A DNA stretch of 64,000 bases. It comes from Zygnema circumcarinatum SAG 698-1b (lineage: Eukaryota > Plantae > Zygnematophyceae). Shown piece by piece: positions 1 through 10,410 of the stretch. Numbering within the stretch: the first letter of the stretch is position 1; each line of letters starts with the position of its first letter. The notes under the pieces are model-generated. The model was not told the DNA's origin. It was given only the letters and a program-made list of their open reading frames with translations, and did not search any database. Made by a program: the position numbers and the translations under genes. Where the stretch lies: the NCBI GenBank assembly GCA_037447605.1, contig CM074806.1:3224001-3288000 (forward strand), in the 5' to 3' direction.

Positions 1-2463
1 AATGAGAGAGCGGGGAGAGAGAGATCTGGGAAAGAGGCAGTGAACGATCCCAGAATGGAGAGGATGGGTGAGAGAGAGGACAGAAGAGGGATTCAAAGGA
101 GGGGAGGGGAAGGAGTAGAAAAGGAGAAAGGACGGCCGAGCTGCAGGATTTTGCAAATTGAGAGGGAGGAGATGAAAAGAGATTGAGCGAGCACATAGTT
201 GTGGTACAATGTTGCAATAAACAGCACCGGGAGAGTCGTTTCAAGCTAAATCACTTGGTGATGTTCAATCAATGACCTTGGGGCATAAAAGAAGGTCGTA
301 TGAACCTCCATGAAATCTTCTGAAGAGTGAAACCTGTGCGTACTTACCTTCCCTCCAGCTTGAAGTTAGAATTGAGTTGCTTTTGGGGTATGTCGTACAA
401 GAACCACTCTCCAGGTGCCAAGTCATTCCGGCATGCGACCGTCGTGAATCCTCTCCGCAGACACAGATTTAAATTCACAAGCGTGTTGTTCAACACTGCC
501 ACCCTCCCTCCCTCCGAGTCCGGCTGCACTGCAGCTCCTCTCGCAGCACTCGTGTCGGCACTTGAAGCTTCGCTCCCATCCGCCATCCTCCTTAAAAACA
601 GTCTTTTGTTAAACTCCAAGTCCTTTCGTGGCGCATTCAGGCCCCTCTGCTGCAATCAGAAGCGAAGCGATCTGCCTTCGTTCCAAAGAGAAGGTGAATG
701 AATCTCCTCAGGCAGCTCTGTTCAAAGCTACTCGATAAATTTCACTAAGGAAACCTGGATTCTTTTATTTATTTTTGGTACTTTTACCAAAATACTAGTT
801 TCGAGTGACGCATACCCCCCACTTCCTCCCCAAATAAAAACTTTCTTCGTCGGCAGTTTTTCTTAGAGTAGTGATCTATGTTCAGGGGACTGTGACCTCG
901 TCAAACAGAGACTGGAGTCACAGAGAGACTACAAGTCCATCCTTATTGCGAAAAAACACTGAAAAAAAGTCTATCGCTTGTTCAAAAGGGCCCAAGCAGC
1001 AGCCCCCACAGATCTACTAGAAAGCAGTGCAACCAAAAAAATCCTTTGGAGCTGTGCCCCAAACCAATCTTTGGTATGGGTTGGAAAAATGCGAAGGAAA
1101 CAGAGATAGGAAATTGCAGCTGCAAACCACAAACCACAAACCACAAACCTGGAGTTTTTCGCTTTCGGTACTTCCACTCTCAGTTTGGGCCTCAAGCGCG
1201 CGCAGGGGCAGAGGGCGGAGGAGGCGGCGCCACGTGGGAGGCTGGGCGGCACCGCACGGGCAGACCGTACATGTCAGCTGTCATCCGCATCCGATCCGTA
1301 CATGCGAGTGCTCAATACTGTACGACAACCAATCCGGTCCGGTTGGCCTGTACGAATTTTGCGTCACGTGTCAACTGATGGGCGCGACTGCGTGGCAGCC
1401 AAGCAGTGTGTGCGGCAGCAACGGGTCCACGTGGCGGCGCCAGAGTTCTGGCGCGAACCGTTCGCACGAGTGGCAGTGTGCACGGTCGCTGACATGTTCA
1501 GACGGGCCGAGGCCGAACTCGAAAGGGGAGGGCAGGGGTATGCGGTGGATCGAAACTGGAAACTAATTTCGGCCCATGGAAGCGAGCCTTCAGCAGTACT
1601 GGCCAGGCGCCACATCTCACCTACGACAGTCGTGAGCTCCATACCACGGCATATCGAAATTAGTATACATTTCAGTGGTAAATTCCCCGTAGACGTCTGC
1701 AAAAGATCTTGTTGTTCCTTTGCTAACTCTTCAATATTTGCCTTCGTTTCTTTTGTAGAAGCTTCAATTCCCTCCTTCATGGGAGGATTATAGGCACCAA
1801 TCGCGGTGCTGAGTCTTTCATCAAATTCTTTCCTTGGCAACATTCCTGACTGGGCATTTTCTCCAGCATTAAGCACCCACTTTCATACGAAACTTGATCT
1901 AAGAGCTTATCCTTTTTTTTTTGAATCAATTGGACGATAGAATCAAGTAAAGCGTTGCAAAAAAATGAAAAAGCATCCGGCTCGTCGAGTTTTGCAATTG
2001 TACTGATTTTGGGCCGGCTCCCCTGCGCTCGTTCCACGGTTGACGGGCCCTGGCGGGGCGGCGATGTGCGGCTCGCGGCAGGTCCATGCCTTAACTTAAC
2101 TTAACTTTGTCGCGACTCGGGGGCCACAGAAAGCTCCAAGATCCGCCGACTGGCCAAGGGGGGCGGGCAAATGCTTTATGCTGACGTGGTGCGCCGTGAC
2201 TGGTTAGGGTTTTCCCCGATTTGTCGTATCTGCAGATTGTCGGAACCGAAGATCACGCGTGCCGCCAAGAGCGGCGCACAGCGGCAGGGGGCGGCCATGA
2301 ATGGTGACTGCCGTGGCTCGCCACGTAGGCAATCGCCCACGCGCGGATTGGCTAACTGCCAAGGGGCACCACGTCAGCGCCTCCTAACGGCCGAGAACAG
2401 GTGGATTCAGCCCGTGTCGGCGCTAATGGATAATGGATGGCCTCGGGGGAGGCGGGCAAGCTC

Positions 2464-3034
2464 GGAGAGGGGAGAGGAGAGGGAGAGAGGGAGAGGGAGG
2501 GAGAGGGAGGGAGGGAGGGAGGGAGGGAGAGGGAGGGAGGGAGGGAGGGAGAGGGAGGGAGAGGGAGAGGGAGAGGGAGAGGAGGGAGGGAGAGGGAGGA
2601 GAGGGAGAGGGAGAGGGAGGAGAGGAGAGGGAGGAGGGAGAGGGAGAGGGAGAGGGAGAGGGAGAGGGAGAGGGAGGGAGGAGGAGGGAGAGGAGAGGGA
2701 GAGGGAGGGAGAGGGAGAGGAGAGGGAGGAGGGAGAGGGAGAGGGAGAGGGAGAGGAGAGGAGAGGGAGAGGGAGAGGGAGAGGGAGAGGGAGAGGGAGA
2801 GGGAGAGGGAGAGGGAGAGAGGGAGAGGGAGAGGGAGAGGGAGAGGGAGAGGGAGAGGGAGAGGGAGAGGGAGAGGGAGAGGGAGAGAGGGAGAGGGAGA
2901 GGGAGAGGGAGAGAGGGAGAGGGAGAGGAGGGAGAGGGAGAGGGAGAGGGAGAGGGAGAGGAGAGGAGAGGGAGAGGGAGAGGGAGAGGAGAGGGAGAGG
3001 GAGAGGAGAGGGAGAGGGAGAGGGAGAGGGAGAA
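2464..3034. repeat. ~570 bp purine-only (GGAGAG/GGGA)n tract
   Basis: Only G and A from 2464 to 3034. It ends 14 bp before the ATG at 3049. Confidence 0.95.
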
Positions 3035-3048
3035 TCCACTCAGCAGCC

Positions 3049-4832
3049 ATGGCTTCAGCTTTTCTGCGCATGGCTGCGTCCCTACTAATCTCATACTGCC
3101 TCGCGGTGGCACCTGACGGTGGACAAAGTACCGCGCAACCCGCGGAGGCATGCAGCTACGCCGCCTGCATGAGTCTGCATGGCGGTTCGCCCGGCTCCAC
3201 CCTGAAAGGAGGGGCGCCACGTGGCAGCTTCATGGACTTTCCCGAGGCGCGCAGTGTGGGGGAGTGCTGCTGGATGTGCGGAAGCTCGCGGGAATGCGGA
3301 GCGTGGGAGTGGCTGCCGCACTTGGCCACGTATGCCAAATCATTCTTCCTTCTCCGTCTAAAATTTCTATGCATCTCTCAGCACGCTTGTCTCGCTAACT
3401 GACGGCTGTGGCTCGCTTCACTGTTGCAGGAAGTGCCACCTGGAGATGAACGATCCCGACACAAAGGACATCGGGACGAATGCCGGAGATCAAGGGCAGC
3501 CCTTCATGTGAGCTTCCAGACCTTCCATTAATAATTACGCCAGTTTAATTGTGTATCCGTATACGGCATGTGCTCAATCTCTGCATGGCTTGCGTGCAGT
3601 ATCGGCGGTCGCTGCACTGTTGGCACCGGCCTTGACATTATTGATCCGCATTTCATTGGCGCGCGGGGGACTCCCTTTAACTTCCACTCGCAGCCGGGAA
3701 ATACGCTCTGCCTCTTTACTGACGCCCATCTGCACATTAACGCCAAGCTGATCGGATACAACGTGCCTTCTCGAACCTTCTCAACGGACTCCGCAGGTCT
3801 ACCGAAACAGGTGCAAGCAGGAGCAGCTGTAGCTGACACCAATCTAAGTACTGAATCTCCCGTGCAAGAAGAATATGAGGATTATGGCGAAGGCTATGGA
3901 AGTCACCGAGCTCGAGCAGTGGAGAGATGGCAGCGCGTGCAGACGCCACCGACAACTTGGATCGGAGAAGTAGGAATTCTGTGGCTGGGAGAGGGGGAAG
4001 AGCACACTCTGAGGATGGTGGTAAGGGATAGTAGAGATCAGAAGAGAGGCCATGGCTTCCTCGGGAAAGTGGAAGTTGACGGTAAGGTGCTGCCGAGGCT
4101 GAGAGTAAAGGAAACGTTTTTAATGGGACCGGGAGCAGTTCTGGAATTCTCGGAGGTAAAAGGAGAGGAGACGGGGAGCGTCGAGGTGTACACAGTGAAG
4201 ATCGGGGAGCTGCTTGAAGCGAATTTCCAGTTGCGGGCTGCTGACGTCTTGCTTCAAGCTCCGGGCGATGCAGAAGTGCACATCAACATCGGTATAAGCA
4301 AATTTAAGGTGCGGATTTCAAACGCCAAAAAGGACGATTGAAAAAAAATCTCCACTTTTATAAGTTCGCAAGTACTCTTGACCAATTTGATTTCTTCATG
4401 CAACGCATAGGAGGCGGTTCGAATTCCTAACTTATGCACATCCTTTATGAAGTGTGATTCAGTCTACAGAAGGTTAATAAATTAGTGATTCCTGCGTCAA
4501 TATACTCACCGCCGGACCAATTCTCGTCTCGTTTGCAGGCCTCCGATGCCGTGCATGGCATCCTTGGGCAAACCTTCCACATCCGCCATGCTCTGAAAGC
4601 CGAACAATTCAAGGAGCTTGCTGAGATTCTGCGGCAGCCAATCGACGCGGATGGGCCGACCGGAGAGGGGTTCCTTGACGGAAAACCAGAAGATTACATT
4701 TGTCCCGACATTCTTAGCAGTCTCTGTACAGTTAGCGCCTACAAGAAGCCAATCACAACATGGGTCGCTTTGCAACCGAGCGCAGACGTGCCCCTTGTGC
4801 GTGAAAAATCTCTTGCAGTTCATGAAATGTGA
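3049..4832 (+). CDS. Secreted protein: signal peptide, PAN/Apple-like Cys domain, root-cap (PF06830-like) domain; 4 exons
   Basis: Exons 3049-3329, 3430-3507, 3600-4308 and 4539-4832 have GT-AG borders and compatible phases. Hydrophobic N-terminus MASAFLRMAASLLISYCLAVA. CCWMCGSSRECGAWEW...KCHL pattern. DPHFIGARGTPFNFHSQPGNTLCLFTDAHLHINAKLIG and VHGILGQTF match plant root-cap family motifs. Confidence 0.85.
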
Positions 4833-5818
4833 TCACATGTCCCTCGTGCTAATCCAGATTTCCTCGGACTTAAGTCGCATAGCAAGTGAAGGGCCTGCCG
4901 GCGACGATGAGAGAAGCAAACCGCATGTTTGAAGGCCTTCGATCCTGCCGGAGGAGAACGCGTGCGGCTTACAGAGAAAGTTAACCAAAAGTTAGGGTCC
5001 TTTCGGAAGTCGAACAAGTGGGTTCGCACTAGGGATTTGACTTACATAGATAGAGTTGAATATTTTTCTGCGAGCAAGAGCAACCAGCAATAGGTATCTT
5101 TGCTCGCATTTCATGCACAAATGTGGTAGCTTTTGAATGATTTACTTATGCTGGGGGATCAGGTGTCGAATAGGACAGTACGGTTTGATGAGCATTATTG
5201 GACTTAAGCACAGTGCAGCCGCCTCCGTTTTTGGAGTTGTACAGAACTGCTCAAAGGTATGCTGTAAAAACGATTTATTTGGTGCAATACCAGCATTAGT
5301 AGTGAACGCTATTGGGTTAGTGATTGAGCGGCTCACGGTCTTATTCGGGTCATTGCCAAGTTTAGCGATGGAATGCTTTGTGAGACGCACATGTGTGATT
5401 GAAGGCAGTTTATGAGGCCGAGCTTAGAAACATTCGTCAAGTTGGACCCATGACACTTGTCGACTTTGCTGACACAACTGTTTCAATATCATGCATTAGG
5501 CGAGCCATGTAACAACTCGTGCACGTGATCGATTTAGAATAACGAGAAGCGAAGCTTTAGAAGTGCGGAAATCAACTCTAATGAGGATTAGGAAGTCAGA
5601 AAGCACAGCGAAGGCCACGATTGTGTAGGACCAACACGAGATGCCCTCGCAACCACCTCCACGGCATCGCGGGAATGTATGTATTTTTTGCCGCGAGCAC
5701 CTCCGCAACAGCGAACGACTGAACTTGCTCGTTCCTTTAACACTCGCCGCCAGAAACCGCTGACGTTGGTCCGTAGTACGAATTTAGGTTGAGAAATCGA
5801 GCATTTATTTACTTAATT

Positions 5819-5953
5819 AGGGCGTGTCAGACTTAACGAAATCTTACGAACAAAAAAGTTTTGTAAGTACTCCGCCGCACCAGGATTGCGATGTCACCAA
5901 AGTACTCGTTCTGGTCTCAAACTTACGAACAATTTTTAAGTCTGACACCCCCT
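5819..5953. mobile_element. 135-bp PIF/Harbinger-type MITE with ATT TSD
   Basis: TIRs AGGGCGTGTCAGACTTAA and TTAAGTCTGACACCCCCT. ATT at 5816-5818 and 5954-5956. The related sequence near 40045 reads acttaATTgttc (empty site). Confidence 0.9.
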
Positions 5954-6554
5954 ATTGTTCAATGTTCAATTGAAAATTAAAACGTTTCAGTTGAACTTTG
6001 AACAAGCGGATCAAATGTTTTGGAACTTGAGAATTTGAACAATGTGGGAAAAAGTTCAAATCTTGAATATGTTCGCTTACACGCGGGGATTCCACTTTTG
6101 GCCACGTAGGATTCAAGCAATATGAGAGATTTGCCTAGCTCCGGCCCAATTTCGTCGTACGATTTTTTGCGCCAGATCGAGATCAACGATCGCCGTACTG
6201 TATGGTACGAAAAGACCGTACTTCCGTACGGTAAACGGACACCAAAAACGGGACCAAAATATCCAAACGTACTTTGGGCGCCGAAAAACAAAAACTTGAA
6301 ACTTGCGACGGTCGAGCCTTGTTGAGAAGTCCGTACACTGCCGTGTGTTGTTCCATTTTCTCTTTCGCCCTTTCTCTTGCCTCATGCGTACTCTCCCCTC
6401 TTCCTCTCCTCTACTTCTACTATCTTCTTCGTTATTAGGATGAAGCCACCATACGGGCCACCACTCCCTCCGCGCGATGTGGCCCACATCGGCGACCTTC
6501 GCGGCTGCTTCGAGGGAGGGCTGCGTTGTTGTGCCTAGACGTAGCTTTCCGTTC

Positions 6555-6673
6555 CCTAGCTTTTTTCTTTTGTGCTTAGGTCCTTTGTGACCAGTTCCTC
6601 GTGGTTCCCCATGCTGATGTTGGCCATGTACATTTGATGGCATCATCGCCATCGCGAGTACAATGCCCCATCC
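6555..6673 (-). repeat. Dispersed ~120-bp repeat, copy 1 (others at 13702-13790, 15930-16050, fragment 63140-63180)
   Basis: Shared core ccagttcctcgtggttccccatgctgat...catttgatggc...atcg.gag..caatgcc. The 6555 and 15930 copies begin at the same cctagctttt boundary. Confidence 0.75.
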
Positions 6674-7488
6674 ATTGCCATCCTGGACATGCCCATGTCG
6701 CATTTCGCTGTACCGTACGGTAGAAAGTTTGGCGCCGCCCGTCGCCCGCCGGCAAACTGAGCCCGCCAGATTTTCCATGCGAGCAAAATTTGAGCTTTGC
6801 GATTTGCCAGAATCTCATTGTTGATCGGTGGATGCAAAGTAAACTGAAATTGAACGCCTCCGGGAGTCAATTGCTCAAGGTTCAACTGAATTCGATTCGG
6901 ATTGAACAAGGACCGATTCTCAAAAAAAAACAGAATCACAAAGCAGAAACAGTTTTTTATTTGAACTGTGATTTTGAAAGGGTTTTTTTTTTTTTTCTGA
7001 GACCAAAATCTTTAACTTCTTATGTGTTCAACCTGATTGGTAGTAGGGTACTGTAATACGGCGTGTCTTGGTTCCATCGATAAAACGACAAAAATAACGG
7101 TTAAAACCGGTTATCGGTTCATTTGTCGCAATGTACGGCGACAGCGCGAGTCGCGCCGACGATTCTGGGCCCCTTAACGACGCCATGCGACGACGCTGTG
7201 CGACAGCGCGCAGTAACGGCCTGCGACAGTCGCAAGTTACCGGTCTCTTACTTGTCGCTTTCCAACTGAAATAACTGTCATTCGCCGCGGACCGATGGTT
7301 TTGTGAAACCGACGTCGTGAACTGCCCTAACGATCTTCCCTGCCGGCCTGCCTCCTCCCAAAGCGAGTCTGGCCCACGCTCTCTTTCCATACGCCTCCCC
7401 CCTTCCCCTCCCACTACCACAACAAGCTTCTCTCTATCCCCTCCCACTATTTTCCTGCTTCTCCTTTCACCCTCTTTGAGACTCAGCC

Positions 7489-9058
7489 ATGGCGGTCTCT
7501 AGTCGCTGGTTCTCTGCAGCCGCATTTGTGGTTTTGTGTCAGGTCCTTCTTGCAGTAGCGCAGGAGGAAAGCTTTGCCTCCTGCCCAGCGTTCGACGACG
7601 GAAATTGGGCAATTGGGGAGCTCCGAAATCAAGTAAACGCATTTGGGCAGACAAGCAAAATGCAGTATCTATACGAGAACAGGTCACCGCGGGCGTGCTG
7701 CGATGCCTGCATGATTATAGCACGATGCAAATACTGGACGTGGCTCGGGGAAACGAAGAGATCAACATTAGGTACTTCATCCGAAGTCCTGTAATCCACC
7801 ATGATTCACTTGTGGTCTTCTTGGTTCCTTCTTCTTCAGCGGAAGTTCTGGTTTGGAAACGGGGGTTCCTAAACATAATTACGATTGTAACTGAACGTCA
7901 CATAGGCCTAAACTGATTCTTGGCGCATGGTTTGCAGGGAACTGCACTCTCTTTGAGAGCTTTGCCTGCGACACGGACCCCAAAGGGAATCTTCCTCTGA
8001 ATACGGCCAATCGTCGAGCCCGCTCAGGCTCAAACGTCTGCAGCCGACCGGAAACGCGAGATAAGTCCGGACAGACGACGCTGCAGGTCAGGCGGGAGGC
8101 CGCCATTGCAGAAGTGAAATCACATTTTAATGCAGAAATTGCAGTGCGCCAAGCGGAGTTGGCAAAACTGAAGGCTGAGGAAGAAGCTGTGCTGAGGGCA
8201 GAGGCGGAGGCGGAGGCGGAAGCTGCTGAAGAGGAGCATTTGTTGGCACTGGCCAAGCTTGCAGAGGCCCAGGCGGCTGCAGAGCTTGCCGCTGCAAATG
8301 CAAAGGTGAAGAAAGCAGTAGCTGCTCTTAAATCAGCACAGGAGGCGGAAGCCGCCTCTAAGGCGAAGTTGGCAGAGGAAGAAGCAATAGCGGCTAAGAT
8401 TGTGGCAGAGGAGGAAAGGGTGAATTCTCAGCTTGAAGCTGCGAAAGCAGCGAAGGCTTCTGCAGATGAAATTTTGGCCACCCAGATTATGCTTGACGAT
8501 AAAGACACTCAGGAGGAGGATAGGAAGATGCCCTTCCGGTCATGCCCTACGAAAATCGAAGATGGACAGTGGGCTGTGGGAACCCTCCGGACCTTGGAGG
8601 GACCTTCTGGAAGCTTCTCGCAACTTCTTCAGGATGCGTCAGATGTTACTCCTAGGGGCTGTTGCGACTTCTGCTCAAAAACAGTCGGATGCACGTACTG
8701 GAACTGGATCGGAGTCTCGAAAGGTGCAATCAAAGGTATGCTTGCTGCAAGCTGCGAGCAGTTATCTCCTTGATTTCCTGCATGAACTTTAGCATTTTGT
8801 CTTGCTGGTCGCAGTCTTCTTGCGGACGGCTCATTGCAGTCGAGATCACAACGTGGATTTTTGTTGGTGGAATGGGGGAGGTGGACCCTTGTGCTCATTT
8901 GTTTCTCTCTCTGGGTGCCCATTGCAGGTAGCTGCTCCCTCTTCCAAGACTTCGCTTGCAATACGGACGCTCAGGGAAACCAGCCGTACGATCATCGCAA
9001 CAAGCTCGGACGTGTGGGAAAGGCGTGCAGCCTCACACAACTGGGAAGCAGTCAATAG
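7489..9058 (+). CDS. Secreted protein with two PAN/Apple-like Cys repeats joined by an Ala/Glu-rich coiled coil; 3 exons
   Basis: Exons 7489-7771, 7938-8735 and 8928-9058 (phase-1 GT-AG introns, frame continuous). Signal peptide MAVSSRWFSAAAFVVLCQVLLAVA. Two internal repeats: SCP..DG.WA.G.LR...PR.CCD.C....C.YW.W.G..K...G.C.LF..FAC.TD..GN.P. The linker is AEAEAEAEAAEEE/AAAELAAANAK-rich. Confidence 0.85.
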
Positions 9059-10410
9059 GAAATTGACCTCCGGGAAAAAATATACCATGCGATTTTTAAG
9101 GAAGACGTTAAATAATATATTTAGGATTAGGATAGTTCAGGAGATGATAGCCAATAAGGAGACGACTAGGAATGGGTTATTAAAGTGGGATTCTAAAAAG
9201 CTTGGGCCCCAAGAGTGTAAAGAAATGAGTTTTTTTTGGGGTAGTTACAGATGAAATCGTTTCGGCGACTGCCCTTTCCTGCTGCAAGTCTGCTGGAATT
9301 GATGTCTGATATTTTGTGGAGTTTTTCTAGTGAATTAGCTGCTCCACGTGTACCACTGCACTGGCTCGAACTCGTAGGGATGGGCTTGAAGAGAATGGAG
9401 AGCGATGGTTTAAGAACTGTTCTGCCTAATCTGCCACTTGGCTTCCATTTGTTTGGTCACAATCACCAGTGAGGGTGCGTACTCCGTTTTCCAGCTTTTG
9501 CTAACGTGGTTCAACTTCGCTGACGCCATCTCGCACATGCGGACGGTTGAAGCTGGGCAGTTGGATGACTTTGTCGGAGGTTTCAAACCTTTCCGCCTCA
9601 GTTTGCAACTCGACCAGTTTGAAAGGAAGAGTTGAGCCATGAGCACGCACCGTGAACTATCTCTCTCGAGTCTGCTGAAACACTGCGGAGAGAATGCACC
9701 CTCTGTTTTTCTTTGTTATCCATCTTCATAGCAGTTCTGAGCGCATGTTTCGTGTATCGAACGTTACCTGCTCATCAATCATTTTGACAGAGTGGGCGCA
9801 TGAATGGACACGAGTCATCTTGACTCATAAAACTTCATTTGAAAACTCAGGAGATTATGAGCCTTAACGGGAGCGTTGCTGTGCGACACATGTAGTAGTG
9901 TTGGAGGCCATAGGGTCCAACGGTCCACCGCAGCCAATTTACAGAGACGCATAACGGAAGTGAGGACGCAGAATGTGCGAGAAGCAGTCCTGTCTGTAAC
10001 TTTGACAACGGAACATGTCAATCATGACCATGTGCAATTCTCGCCATATGTTTGTGTGCGACGCCCGTTCAAGGTTCAGTGGCGAAAGTTTTAAGGCAAT
10101 TGCTGGTTTAATCATGTCTGGCCTGAGAGGAGAATGAAGACTCGAACATTTTGGGAGCAGGCCGCGAGCTTGTTGTCGGCACAGGTAGAGAGAGTGAGGC
10201 AGGAGAGTGACGGGAATAAGGGAGGGAGAGAGGCGGAGGAAGGGAGAAAGCCCGTGAGAAAATGAATTCAGAAATGCTTTCCGTCCTCCAACACAAGCTG
10301 CTCGTGCTCACTCTACCCGACATACAAGGCACCCGTTTAAGACGACTATCTTACATGAAAACAAGCACTTGTTGGTACATGGTACACTGAAGCTGGTGCT
10401 TCTGTTTACA

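Larger units (their letters stand above)
5770..7046. mobile_element. Non-autonomous TIR element, copy 1 (related copy at ~39995-42000)
   Basis: 5786-6100 matches 40016-40180. 6790-7035 matches 41125-41230 and 41890-41995. The end TTCAACCTGATTGGTAGTAGGGTAC is inverse-complementary to GTACTCTACTACCTATCAGGTTGA at ~40000. No TSD found. Confidence 0.6.

Noticed and set aside
344-655. 103-aa minus-strand ORF with a GTAAG donor near 347
   Set aside because: No recognisable domain. The nearest acceptor would need a 14-nt intron, so no gene model can be supported.
1364-2037. Two overlapping minus-strand ORFs with helical-looking sequence
   Set aside because: No family motif, start or splice structure could be established. 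It may be a decayed gene or TE.
2171-3402. Long ORFs in several frames over the GA tract
   Set aside because: Purine-only and pyrimidine-only repeats lack stop codons, so the ORFs are artefacts. The real start is taken as 3049.
9251-10332. Short ORFs between the PAN gene and the SDR gene
   Set aside because: No consistent exon chain or motif was found, so this region is left unresolved.
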